From positions 3,232,001 through 3,296,000 of the forward strand of contig CAVUDP010000002.1 in assembly GCA_963740315.1 (NCBI GenBank): 64,000 nucleotides of DNA, given 5' to 3'. This DNA comes from an uncultured cyanobacterium (GTDB lineage: Bacteria; Cyanobacteriota; Cyanobacteriia; Cyanobacteriales; Nostocaceae). Positions 37,907 through 48,252 of this stretch are shown here, piece by piece. The translations under genes and the position numbers were made by a program. The notes below the pieces were generated by a model that worked only from the letters and a program-made list of their open reading frames with translations, had not been told where the DNA came from and did no database searches. The number at the start of each line of letters is the position of its first letter. The stretch's first letter is position 1.

Positions 37907-39601
37907 ATGAAACCTAGAATAATTGTTTGTAGTTTAGGACGCACCGGATATAAAATATTTCGTTTGCTCAGACAGCAGGGAGCGTTAGTTGTTGGGATTC
38001 ACCATCAAGCGATTTCTGGCGAAAGGGCTGGAGATGTGATTGTTGGGGATTTACACGCGGCTAGTACCCTCAAAGCAGCAGGAATCCAGCAAGCTAATAC
38101 TTTAGTTATAGCTGGAGGAGATGATGCATTAAATTTGTGGATTGTGATGCAAGCGCGGGTGCTTAATCCCCGGATTCGCATAATCAATCGCTTTTTTAAC
38201 ACTAGTTTGGGCGAACGTTTGGATTATACTTTGCCAGATCATTTAAGTATGAGTGTTGCGGGTTTGGCTGCACCAGTGTTTAGTTTTGCTGCATTGGGAA
38301 ACAAAGCGATCGGACAGATCAAATTATTTAAACAAACTTGGCCCATACACGAAGAGTATATTCATCAATATCATCCCTGGAACGGTCGCAAAATCAATGA
38401 ATTATGGGAAGATCGTTCGCGGATGCTGATTTATTATTTACCAGTAGAAGGTGATTTAGATTTAGTATCCGCTGTTACCTCCGGACACGAACTGCAAAAA
38501 GGCGATCGCCTGATTGTAGGTACGCAACCCCAAGTCCGTACAAGTCGCAAATCGCTGATCGCAAAGCTGCTCAAAGTAGTCACAAATTTACGGCAATTTA
38601 GACATCACGCTCAATCGGTATTGGTAGGAGCAATGTTGCTGATGATAATTATCTCGGTGGCAACGCTTACTTATGTATCTGCCGAACTAAATATGTCTGT
38701 TGTCGATGCCCTGTATTTTTCTGTAGGTATGATTACAGGGGCAGGTGGTAACGAAAAAGTAGTAGAGCAAGCTCCTGACAGCATTAAAATATTCACCGTG
38801 ATCATGATGTTAGTTGGAGCGGCAATATTTGGTATTTGGTATGCTTTGCTCAACGATTTTGTACTGGGAACCCGTTTCAAACAGTTTTGGGATGCAGCCA
38901 GAATACCAAGGCGCAATCACTACATCGTCTGTGGATTGGGCGGTATTGGCATAAAAATTGTCCAACAACTTCATAACAGCGGACAAGAAGTTGTAGTTGT
39001 TGAACCAAACAGCAACGGTAAATTTGTTAATACCGCTCGCAGTTTAGGTATTCCCACAATTCATGCTGATGCCAGTTTCCCAGAGACTCTCAAAGCTTGC
39101 AACGTTACAACTGCCGCTTCCTTAATTGCCGTTACTGGCAACGATGCCACTAATATCGAAATTGCGCTTAAAGCCAAGGGATTATCACCTACGATTCCGG
39201 TGGTAGTAAATTATGCAGATCCTGACTTTGCCCGAATGGCGCAGGAAGTATTTGATTTTGAAGCAGTATTAAGTCCCGCAGAGCTTGCCGCACCTGCCTT
39301 TGCTGCCGCAGCCTTGGGTGGTAGAATTCTCGGTAACGGCATCACCGCAGATAGTTTATGGGTAGCCTTTGCAACAATAATTACACCCTCACATCCATTT
39401 TGCGGTCAAAAAGTCAAAGAAGCAGCGATGTCTGCCGATTTTGTACCTTTATATGTAGAAACTAATTCTCAAACCATCCACGGCTGGGAATTACTCGAAA
39501 CCAGTTTGAGTGGTGGGGATATGCTGTACTTAACAATGCCCGCAACTCGCCTGTATCAATTGTGGCGCTATACTCCTAAGATTGATGCTGTTAGTTATTA
39601 G
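37907..39601 (+). CDS. TrkA/RCK-domain potassium channel family protein
   Basis: Two TrkA_N Rossmann domains (CSLGRTG, CGLGGIG) flanking a 2-TM channel with pore-like DALYFSVGMITGAGG. Confidence 0.88.
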   Translation: MKPRIIVCSLGRTGYKIFRLLRQQGALVVGIHHQAISGERAGDVIVGDLHAASTLKAAGIQQANTLVIAGGDDALNLWIVMQARVLNPRIRIINRFFNTSLGERLDYTLPDHLSMSVAGLAAPVFSFAALGNKAIGQIKLFKQTWPIHEEYIHQYHPWNGRKINELWEDRSRMLIYYLPVEGDLDLVSAVTSGHELQKGDRLIVGTQPQVRTSRKSLIAKLLKVVTNLRQFRHHAQSVLVGAMLLMIIISVATLTYVSAELNMSVVDALYFSVGMITGAGGNEKVVEQAPDSIKIFTVIMMLVGAAIFGIWYALLNDFVLGTRFKQFWDAARIPRRNHYIVCGLGGIGIKIVQQLHNSGQEVVVVEPNSNGKFVNTARSLGIPTIHADASFPETLKACNVTTAASLIAVTGNDATNIEIALKAKGLSPTIPVVVNYADPDFARMAQEVFDFEAVLSPAELAAPAFAAAALGGRILGNGITADSLWVAFATIITPSHPFCGQKVKEAAMSADFVPLYVETNSQTIHGWELLETSLSGGDMLYLTMPATRLYQLWRYTPKIDAVSY

Positions 39602-39785
39602 TTGGGGATTGGGCATGGGAAAACAGAGAGGGGGGTAGAGGGGGTAGACATAAAAAAATTCATTCCTAACTCAATACTCAATACTCAATACTCTTAACTT
39701 TTAAAATTCAATTCAAAACAAACCAAACGTATCCGTTGTTCAAATCTAAAATCTAAAATCTAAAATAATTCCTAACTCAATACTC

Positions 39786-41156
39786 CTAATTTCTAACTCC
39801 TAACTTTTCAACTATGCACAGAAAATACTGGGGAGTACCAAAGCGATCGCCAACTACTGAAATGCTAACTTTTACTTTTATTAAGTTTCCATTCTTATGA
39901 ATCAGTTGCTTTTGTATTGAGTTAACTGTGCTTTTACCATTCAGAATATTAGACATAAACTCGATGGAAGAGTCTAAATCATCCAAGTGTGTAATATCTT
40001 GCCAGCTTAAATCCAACAATTCCAACTCGCTATAGCCGATAATTTTGCAAAAATGCGGGTTAAGTTGGATAAATTCTCCAGATAGGCTTATCTGATAAAT
40101 TCCTACGCAAGCTTGCTCGAAAATAGCACAAAAACGTTCTTCATTCTCGCGTAAAGCATCTTCCGCCGATTTGCGCTGTGAAATATCTTCGACTACGCCC
40201 AGAAAATAATCGGGCATTCCTGCTTCGTTGCGTACCAATGAGACACTAACATTAACCCATTGCTCTTGATTGGATTTATTCCACTTACGGATAAACCGTT
40301 TTTGTAAAGAGTAGTTAGAAATTTCGTTCGTAAATAACTTTCTCACCTGCATAAGTTCGGCTTCAATATCATCTTGATGAGTAATATCTTGCCAACTTAG
40401 CTGCTTTAAAAAAGATTCTTCATAACCTACTATTTCACAAAAGCGGGGATTAACTTGCACAAACTCACCGTAGAGAGAAACTTGATAAATTCCTACAGCA
40501 GCTTGTTCGTAAATAGCACGAAACTGCGCTTCACTTTCCCTTAAAGCTTCCTCTGCTATTTTGCGATGAGTAATATCTCGCGCTACCCACAACACGCTTC
40601 GATCGGAAATTGAAGAAATGCTAGCGCTAAACCAAACTTGACGTGCTTCCTCTTCTAAAAGGTAATCAAAATGCAGAGTTTTATCTATATCCAAAGCTTG
40701 ATGAACTTGATTTAACCAGATTTTAGCTGTTTGCTCCTGAAAAAAAAGTTCCGCAGTTTTATTAACCAACTTGTTAGTAGTAGTATCCGAATCACTTACA
40801 CAAGTCGGTAGAATTTCCACGTTAGACAAATTATTGTCTTGGATACTTACCACCAACATGATGTCCTTTATCGCTTCAAAAACACCGCGCAACCTAGCTT
40901 CAGAACTACTTAACCTATCTTCAAGCAATTTGCGTGACTGAGCGTAACGAGTGTTGCGATCGCGAATTACTTGCAATTGTTGGTTCAAATTTTCATTTTC
41001 AGCTTTGGAAAGTGCAAGCAACTCCTGCAATTTTTCCAAAGTATGTCTAATTTCGTCATTGTGTCGGCTGTGAAATAGTGTTAAAGCATCTTTTAGGTTG
41101 TCATTCGGCGTTTTAGCTACATAATCATCATTAACAGCTGAATCAGAGTTTTGCAT
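39786..41156 (-). CDS. Multi-PAS sensor protein without an output domain
   Basis: Coiled coil plus three PAS/PAC modules (ARDITHRK, VEDISQRK). Ends at the last PAC strand in STRR-derived sequence. Confidence 0.8.
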   Translation of the reverse strand: MQNSDSAVNDDYVAKTPNDNLKDALTLFHSRHNDEIRHTLEKLQELLALSKAENENLNQQLQVIRDRNTRYAQSRKLLEDRLSSSEARLRGVFEAIKDIMLVVSIQDNNLSNVEILPTCVSDSDTTTNKLVNKTAELFFQEQTAKIWLNQVHQALDIDKTLHFDYLLEEEARQVWFSASISSISDRSVLWVARDITHRKIAEEALRESEAQFRAIYEQAAVGIYQVSLYGEFVQVNPRFCEIVGYEESFLKQLSWQDITHQDDIEAELMQVRKLFTNEISNYSLQKRFIRKWNKSNQEQWVNVSVSLVRNEAGMPDYFLGVVEDISQRKSAEDALRENEERFCAIFEQACVGIYQISLSGEFIQLNPHFCKIIGYSELELLDLSWQDITHLDDLDSSIEFMSNILNGKSTVNSIQKQLIHKNGNLIKVKVSISVVGDRFGTPQYFLCIVEKLGVRN

Positions 41157-41421
41157 AAAAAAACAGTTTTTATCAAATTATTAATTGCGGCAGAATTTAT
41201 TTAACAAGCCGTGAGAGGAAGCTCAAGGTAAGTTTTTGTATTGTGCTGCTACTGAATAAAAATTACACTGACTTTTATGTTATGACAAGTTTTATTTAGA
41301 ACATCTACACTTAATTTTACTTTATCGCGTTCAGTTAAATTATTTACTGAAAGCTTTGAGATAGGGTATTTTTACAGATAAACCCGATAAATCTTTAGAT
41401 AAAAGACTATGTATAAATTAT

Positions 41422-42207
41422 CTAAGATAGATTGCTCCTAGCTTTCAAAAGATAATCAGATAGTTCGCAAAAACCTTCACCTTCACGATTCTGGGTGACA
41501 TAAGCGGGTTTATGCTCTAATTTATCGACATATTCCAGCACGTTAGCAACACCTACAGATACACCAAAATAATTATTGTCGAACAAACTTTCATCATTAG
41601 GGCTATCACCAACCGTAACAACTTCATCAGAGGCGTATTCGGGAAAATATTCTCGTAGCACTTGCGATAACCCTACAGCCTTATCCTGTGTTAAAGGTTT
41701 GATATGGCACTGAACATTGCTGTAAGTGAATCCCCAACCCAACTCCTGACATTGATGTGAAAGGGTTTGCAGTGAAGCGTTACTTAAACCAGCCACATCA
41801 AAAGTCCAATCGGTGATGCGAAAACGATTATCGGATGATTCTTGAATTTGAGGAAAATCAAGCTGTAATTGTTGAAAAACAGCCGCTAAATCTTTTCTAT
41901 GTTTATTTAAATCTGATATCGGTGTAATAGCAACCGCTTGCTCACTTCTATAGGGATAGAACAAACCACCATTTTCAGCGATCGCACCTACTACTGGCAA
42001 ATAATACGCCAAACCGCTAACCCAGCCAGCAGAACGTCCGGTAACAATTATCACTTTAATCTTCGCTGCGGCTAAATCTTGCAAAGCTTGCAGCAATCCA
42101 TTAGTAAACTTACCATTTGTGGTTAAAGTACCATCCATATCCGTAGCCACAAGCCGAATTTTGCTAAAGCAGTTGTTATGGTTTTGTTGAGGAAGCGATA
42201 AGGACAT
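41422..42207 (-). CDS. HAD-superfamily subfamily IIB hydrolase
   Basis: DMDGTLT, VTGR, GDSPND. Confidence 0.9.
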   Translation of the reverse strand: MSLSLPQQNHNNCFSKIRLVATDMDGTLTTNGKFTNGLLQALQDLAAAKIKVIIVTGRSAGWVSGLAYYLPVVGAIAENGGLFYPYRSEQAVAITPISDLNKHRKDLAAVFQQLQLDFPQIQESSDNRFRITDWTFDVAGLSNASLQTLSHQCQELGWGFTYSNVQCHIKPLTQDKAVGLSQVLREYFPEYASDEVVTVGDSPNDESLFDNNYFGVSVGVANVLEYVDKLEHKPAYVTQNREGEGFCELSDYLLKARSNLS

Positions 42208-42299
42208 TTAGAAGCAGGGGGTAGAGAATAGGGAACGGAAAATGATGGAAATAAGTAAAGTTTAGTACTCCACCACATTAATTTTGATGGGTAATAAAG

Positions 42300-42379
42300 G
42301 TTCGTAGTAAGAGTTTTAACTCTCTTATCCGAGGATTTGTTACCTTGCATCGAAGGGAACCAATGCCCTTACTACGAAC
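42300..42379. repeat. GTTCGTAGTAAG...CTTACTACGAAC dispersed element
   Basis: Same termini as 6317-6368 with a different interior. Confidence 0.8.
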
Positions 42380-42618
42380 TTTTATTATTCTCTGTGGCTG
42401 ATTGTCTCCTATTGAATGAAAAATCAAAAATCTTTTTTCTACTCTCTATTCCCTGTTCCCTGACATAAATAATTCATATGTACTATAAAACCGGGAGATT
42501 TTAGGTTTATTAAATTAAAAAAAATAAATTTTGCAAAGAAAATATAATAATATCGCAAAACGGAGTTGCAAATTTGGGCATCCTAACAATCAGGAGTCCA
42601 ATTTTTATTGTGTCCATT

Positions 42619-43440
42619 ATGCCAACTTCAATATTTGTTGCTCAATCTCCCGCAGCAAAAAATACAAAGACATCTCAAGAGGTATCCGCAGCTACCGATA
42701 CTCAGTTACCTCCACTACCGATAATGGTATCTGGAATACTTACCGTGATGGTAATTGGCTTGATAATCTACGGTAAAATCCAAATGAGTCAGCTAGAAAA
42801 GAAACTTCGGTTTGAGAAATTCCGCACGCGAGAGTTAGAGAAAAAGCTGAAGCTATCTCTCCAAACGATTCGCAAAATGGAAACAAACCCCGATTTGATT
42901 AACTCACGGGAATTCAATCTCGATTATTTGCGAATGCGGATGGCAGAAGAAGTATTCCACTTCGCCATAGTCAATCAGACCAAAATAAAAATAAAAGATA
43001 AAATTACTCAAGCACTCCGTCCAAACCATGCCCAACAAGGATCTGTAGGAATCGCTAGTAGCGGCGGAAGACAAGTAGATGAAACTTTTGATGTCGAATA
43101 TGAAACCGGGCTTGCAACAAATAACGGTAAGCGAGTACTATTTCGCATTCAAATAAGATTAATGAAATTGCCTACACAAGCAACTTCAGCCACTATTAGC
43201 CAATTAATTGACTGCGTTGAAACTTACCTAAGTCCCGCAGAAGACCATGATAATTGGCAACCGACAATACAAGGTAGAGTTGCCTTTATGCATTGGGATC
43301 AAAAAGCCAAACCCACACCTTTATTAGTATTAGAACAATCCAACGAAGGTGTTAATGTAACTTTCCGTACCAGTCGCCAAGCCAATAGCGGCATAATGAA
43401 TGACACGCCAAAAAACAACAAGACTGGCTCTCGAAGATAA
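42619..43440 (+). CDS. Hypothetical protein with a single TM helix and coiled coil
   Basis: Long ORF; first ATG at 42619; TM IMVSGILTVMVIGLIIYG followed by a coiled coil. Confidence 0.75.
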   Translation: MPTSIFVAQSPAAKNTKTSQEVSAATDTQLPPLPIMVSGILTVMVIGLIIYGKIQMSQLEKKLRFEKFRTRELEKKLKLSLQTIRKMETNPDLINSREFNLDYLRMRMAEEVFHFAIVNQTKIKIKDKITQALRPNHAQQGSVGIASSGGRQVDETFDVEYETGLATNNGKRVLFRIQIRLMKLPTQATSATISQLIDCVETYLSPAEDHDNWQPTIQGRVAFMHWDQKAKPTPLLVLEQSNEGVNVTFRTSRQANSGIMNDTPKNNKTGSRR

Positions 43441-43686
43441 ACCGTAAACAGTTAGCAGTTAACAGTTTCTATAGGTAAGGTTCCTTATTTGCCTACCATT
43501 TGACATATAAAATACTGTCACTTAAATTTAGATTTTGGATTTACGATTTTAGATTAACTATTAGCATCAATTTAGAGGCACAAATTTAGAACATTAATTT
43601 TTTCAATCCAAAATCTCAAATCCCGTACACTTGCTACAACGGTAGTGTTCCTCCGCAAGGCAGTGTACTTAAAATCTAAAATTCAT

Positions 43687-44391
43687 TTAGCTATTGAATG
43701 TTAACTGTTCGCTAGCTAAAATACCATCTTCCATATTTACAATCCGGTCTGCAATATCTAAAATACGACTATCATGAGTCACTAACAAAATAGAAGTTCC
43801 TTGTTCTTTCGCAAGGTGCTGCATTATTTCTACAACATCTCTTCCAGACTGTTTATCCAAAGCGGCTGTAGGTTCATCTGCTAATACTAATGGTGGATCG
43901 TTAACCAAAGCACGAGCAATAGCTACTCTTTGTTTTTGACCACCAGAAAGGTTGTCAGGAAAGTAATCTACTCGGTTTGCCAAACCCACTGCTTTCAAAA
44001 TATTTAGGGATTTAGCAATAGCTTCTTTTTGAGAAATTGATTGAGTCAATTCTGCTGCGATTTGTACGTTTTGTCTAGCGGTTAAAAACTCTAGCAAATT
44101 ATGAGCTTGAAAAATATAACCAATATTACGTCGAATACTCACCAGTTTTTTCGGACTAGCCCGATAAAGTTCTTCTCCCAAAAACTTAAGACTTCCTTCT
44201 TGTACCGAACGTAAGCCACCGATAAGACTAAGTAAAGTTGTTTTACCCGATCCAGAAGGACCAGTCATAATCACAATTTCACCCGGATAAATATCCAGAT
44301 TAATATCATACAAAATCTGTTTCTTCAGCGTACTCTTACCATAATAGTGATTAAGATATTGAATAGAGATCACAGGTTCTTTTCTCATCAT
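43687..44391 (-). CDS. devA: DevA ABC exporter ATPase (heterocyst glycolipid export)
   Basis: GPSGSGKT, IGGLRSVQEGSL, FQAHNL, LSGGQKQR, DEPTAALD; operon with devBC. Confidence 0.9.
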   Translation of the reverse strand: MMRKEPVISIQYLNHYYGKSTLKKQILYDINLDIYPGEIVIMTGPSGSGKTTLLSLIGGLRSVQEGSLKFLGEELYRASPKKLVSIRRNIGYIFQAHNLLEFLTARQNVQIAAELTQSISQKEAIAKSLNILKAVGLANRVDYFPDNLSGGQKQRVAIARALVNDPPLVLADEPTAALDKQSGRDVVEIMQHLAKEQGTSILLVTHDSRILDIADRIVNMEDGILASEQLTFNS

Positions 44392-44469
44392 AAATCTACT
44401 GGTTGTTAGTAATTGGTAATTAGTAATTAAGAGTTAACTGGTCACTGGTCGCTGGTAACTGGTAACTGA

Positions 44470-45621
44470 TTAAAAAATGTCTGCTGGGTCGGCTGAACGT
44501 AATTTTTTCACGGCAATTGTTCCTGAAATAAAACACATAAAAATAGTTAAAAATAGTACCGAAATTGCTCGGCTACTGCTCATAAAAACTGGTAAAAGAG
44601 TAGCCGTTCTTGCCTGTTTGTATAGAAATAAAGCAAAAGCAAATCCAGGTAAATATCCTAAAACTGCTAAAATAAGAGCTTCTTGAAGTATTACGACTAA
44701 AAAGTAATTATGCGAATAGCCAATTGCTTTGAGAGTAGCATATTCAACTAAATGGTCTGAAACTTCGGTATAAAGTATTTGATAAACAATCACGGTTCCG
44801 ACAATAAAACCCATAATTGTTCCTAAAGTGAAAATAAAGCCAATAGCCGTACTACTTGCCCAAAAGTTTCTTTCAAAATCAATATATTCTTGTTTTGTAA
44901 AAACTTTAACATCTTCATCTAAATAACTTCTTAACTGTTGAGCAACAAGATTTGGATCTGCACCAGGTTTTAATTTTATTAAACCAATATCAATCAATCC
45001 GGGCTGACGATTTACAAAAATTCTCAGAAAATTAACATCACTAGTAATTAAATTACCATCTGCTCCAAAGGAAGCACCTAGAGTAAATAATCCTCCTACC
45101 TTAACTGACTTACTTCTCACTTCTGCCGTAACAGTATTACCTTGTTCAAATTCAGTTGCAATTGGACCATATTCTTGTCGGGAAGAACGGTCATATAACA
45201 CTACATTTGGTAATTGTATTTTATCTAAATTTTCTTGAAGACCGGGAAGATTCAATACATTCTTTTCTGGATTAATTCCTATAACCAAAAGATTTCGAGG
45301 AATACCTGTTTGTGGATTTTTCCAACTCGTATAGTCCACATAAATCGGATTTACTGACTCTACAGACTCCAAATCTAAAGCTTGGTAAAGACGGTTTTGA
45401 GAAAACTTTTTCATCGACAGTAAAGCACTTGTCTGACGATTAATTAAAACGATTTCCCCTTGCAAACTATGATGAAAACGAACGTTACTATAATACAGAG
45501 AATCGCGAAAACCAAGCTGCATAAACATTAGAATATCAGCAAAAGCAATTCCTGCTAATGCAACCGCTAAACGGGAAGCTTCGCGCTTAAGTTGTAACCA
45601 TGCTAGAGGTAATTTACCCAT
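44470..45621 (-). CDS. devC: DevC ABC exporter permease
   Basis: PLAWLQL, GIAFADILMFMQLGF, GASFGADG, YQILY, EYATLKAIGY, ADPADIF. Confidence 0.92.
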   Translation of the reverse strand: MGKLPLAWLQLKREASRLAVALAGIAFADILMFMQLGFRDSLYYSNVRFHHSLQGEIVLINRQTSALLSMKKFSQNRLYQALDLESVESVNPIYVDYTSWKNPQTGIPRNLLVIGINPEKNVLNLPGLQENLDKIQLPNVVLYDRSSRQEYGPIATEFEQGNTVTAEVRSKSVKVGGLFTLGASFGADGNLITSDVNFLRIFVNRQPGLIDIGLIKLKPGADPNLVAQQLRSYLDEDVKVFTKQEYIDFERNFWASSTAIGFIFTLGTIMGFIVGTVIVYQILYTEVSDHLVEYATLKAIGYSHNYFLVVILQEALILAVLGYLPGFAFALFLYKQARTATLLPVFMSSSRAISVLFLTIFMCFISGTIAVKKLRSADPADIF

Positions 45622-45632
45622 ATTTATAAACA

Positions 45633-45785
45633 GTTAGCAGTGAGCAGTGAGCAGTGAGCAGTGAGCAGTTAGCAGTGAGCAGTGAGCAGTGAGCAGTGAG
45701 CAGTTAGGAATTCGGAGTTAGGAGTTAGGAATTCGGAGTTAGGAATTCGGAGTTAGGAATTAGGAATTGGGAGTTAGGAGTTATT
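45633..45785. repeat. STRR arrays (CAGTGAG)n and (GGAGTTA/GGAATTC)n inside the devB-devC spacer
   Basis: Directly visible tandem heptamers. Confidence 0.9.
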
Positions 45786-45862
45786 TCTAAATTATCTACC
45801 CCATCTCCCCCCTCTACCCCCTCTAATAAAATCCCCTTGTCACCCCATCCCCTCATCACTTT

Positions 45863-47278
45863 TCAATTCTGAATCGTAGCAATCACCTTGGCGTTGGTTA
45901 ACCCTGCGACTCTCTGTGCGTCTTGTTCGGATAGAGCAATCTTGACTTCTACGACTCTGGCATCTACATCTGCCGCAGGATCGGTATTTAGGACATTTTT
46001 CGTGCCTATTTTTCTACCAATTTCAGACACGGTTCCTTGTAGTCTGCCGCTAAATGCTCCATTGTCACTAACTATGGAAGCCAACTGTCCAAGACGCACT
46101 CTACCAATACTCGCTTCGGGAACTTCAGCTACAACAATCATTTCGTCGGTACGTCCAATTTCAGCGATACCTTCAGCGCTCATGGTTTCTCCGGCTTGGG
46201 TATGTATTTCTAAAACTTCTCCTGCTATGGGTGAGATGATATAACTCAATTTCATATCCGCTTCGGCTTTTTTCAGTTGTGCGATCGCATTATTCACCTG
46301 AGCTTGTGCAATCCGAGTATTGCTAGGACGAATTTCTTCAAGTCTATTTAAATTCGCTTTTTGTTCGTCTATCTGTCTTTGTAAAGTTGCTATGGCTTTG
46401 TCTTGATTGGCTTTTGCTTCTATAAGCTGTTGTCGCAGAATGTCGATGGTTTTTCCTCTATCGGCTTGAGCTTGAGCAAGTTGCTGACGCAGGCTGGCAA
46501 TTATTTGTCTGCGGCTAGCTTGACTTTCTATTAATTGCTGAGTTGCAGTTTGTGCGCCCAATCTTCTGCGATCGCGTTCTTGCTGAGAAATCGCACCTTG
46601 TCTGTACAATTGTTCGTAACGCTCTGCATCAATTTGAGCATTCCTAGCTTCTGCTTGAACCCTTGCCACCGTTGCTCTCAAAGAATCTTGCTGCCCTTCA
46701 AGTTCCACAGCTAAACGATTTATTGTTGCTTGTTGAGAAATAGTTTCTCCACGTAACTGTGCTTGCAAACGAGCAATTGTTGCACTACTAGCCTTTTGTT
46801 CGCCATTTAACTCTGCTTCAAGGCGAGCAACTATCGCCCTTTGAGCCTGAATTTCTCGCGGCGAACCGACTTTGACACCAGCCAAATTCGCACGGTTTTG
46901 TTGAATATTGGCTTTTGCTTGTTCTACCGCAGCTTGACTACTTGCAAAGCCATCTAAAATCGCAATAACTTGACCTTTTCTAACTTTTTGTCCTTCCTTG
47001 ACCAACATTTGATCTACTCTTGATGTACCTTGTATCCCCGTTGGTGCAGAAAGTTTAATTACTTCTCCTTTAGGTTGCAAACGTCCGACTGCATTCACGC
47101 TACTTACTGCCGGTACAACTGGTACTGGTGTATTGGAGCTTTGAAATTGTTCTATTCTTGCTTTAGTTAGTACCCCAGCAGTAATTGCTAACGGTATTGC
47201 TACTGCGATACCCCACCACAATCTTGATTTGCCAAGTGGCTGCTCCTTCGGCACTGGTTTTTCACTAACCCTTGACAT
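45863..47278 (-). CDS. devB: DevB membrane fusion protein
   Basis: N-terminal TM, GRLQPKGEVI, LVKEG, long coiled coil, DPAADVDARVVEVKI. Located next to pcyA as in Nostoc PCC 7120. Confidence 0.9.
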   Translation of the reverse strand: MSRVSEKPVPKEQPLGKSRLWWGIAVAIPLAITAGVLTKARIEQFQSSNTPVPVVPAVSSVNAVGRLQPKGEVIKLSAPTGIQGTSRVDQMLVKEGQKVRKGQVIAILDGFASSQAAVEQAKANIQQNRANLAGVKVGSPREIQAQRAIVARLEAELNGEQKASSATIARLQAQLRGETISQQATINRLAVELEGQQDSLRATVARVQAEARNAQIDAERYEQLYRQGAISQQERDRRRLGAQTATQQLIESQASRRQIIASLRQQLAQAQADRGKTIDILRQQLIEAKANQDKAIATLQRQIDEQKANLNRLEEIRPSNTRIAQAQVNNAIAQLKKAEADMKLSYIISPIAGEVLEIHTQAGETMSAEGIAEIGRTDEMIVVAEVPEASIGRVRLGQLASIVSDNGAFSGRLQGTVSEIGRKIGTKNVLNTDPAADVDARVVEVKIALSEQDAQRVAGLTNAKVIATIQN

Positions 47279-48002
47279 CGTATTTTACTCCATGCTTTTA
47301 ATTATGCTGAGTGGAAATAATTAATAATTTCATCTCAAGCCGTCATAGTGGCTCAAAATAATAAATGGTTTGTTAAAAATAAGGTAAAAAAAAAGGCTTT
47401 ACAAACAAAAGTTTTTTTTAAATAATTTGCATTTGCTGTATAGTTGCTGTTTATTTAAAGCTTAGTAACCTTCAGAATTGATAATTTGCATGACGATTAA
47501 ATTATCCTAGCTAGTTTATAGCTAAAATTGCCAAGTAATTCAATATTATATTGATATCTTTCTAAGCTTTTTTATGTTTTTAATGACCATTTTTGTATGA
47601 ATTATAGAGACTCGGTAATACTATTTATATAATTGATATTTTAATAAAAATATTAATGTTTATCTAAGTTATTTTTACCAAGCAGGATTACTAAAAATCT
47701 TTCGGAATCAAGTTAATTCAACGTTAATAAGCAGCTTATTTCAAAAAATATAGGTAATTTTAATCGGCAATAATAAATTTGTTTGTGACCAAAAAGTTAA
47801 CGAATAAAATGTTCAATCTTAAGATACCTTTAACCTATCAAGAATTGATACAATAAAGAATTATTTAGAAATAGTTAGATTTCCCTAAAAAACAGATTTT
47901 ATTTAAATTAGAAAACCAAGTAATAGTGGATAATTTATCCGTTATACTTCGTACACCTAATTTATTAATCTTCTATAACTATATTTAACTTAATCTAAAT
48001 AA

Positions 48003-48044
48003 ATTCTACATTGACAAGTTATTTTAAAACGTAACAGAATCTAC
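48003..48044 (-). promoter_or_regulatory. NtcA-activated promoter of devBCA
   Basis: Minus strand GTAGATTCTGTTAC (GTA-N8-TAC, 48044-48031), 22-nt spacer, then TAGAAT -10 box (48008-48003), about 720 bp upstream of devB. Confidence 0.85.
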
Positions 48045-48199
48045 AGATGGGTAATACTATAAAGAGAGGTTAACAGGACTTGATTGTTAGTTGATTGTTA
48101 ACCGCACGCTACAATGGCAGCACCTCCGGCTCCCATACATAAAAATTCATGTAAATGACTATATATAGTTAAAGTTAAATTATCAAAAATTATGGTACT

Positions 48200-48232
48200 A
48201 AAAAACCCGGCTTCTTCAAAAAAACCAGGTTT
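48200..48232 (-). terminator. Terminator-like hairpin after pcyA
   Basis: AACCCGGCTTCTT..AAAAAACCAGGTT imperfect stem. The adjacent A-run reads as a T-run on the minus strand. Confidence 0.55.
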
Positions 48233-48252
48233 GGGGAATTATCATAAATTAT

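Noticed and set aside
41238..41252. NtcA site upstream of the PAS gene
   Set aside because: Spacing is GTA-N9-TAC rather than N8. The similar site near 18214-18226 is N7.
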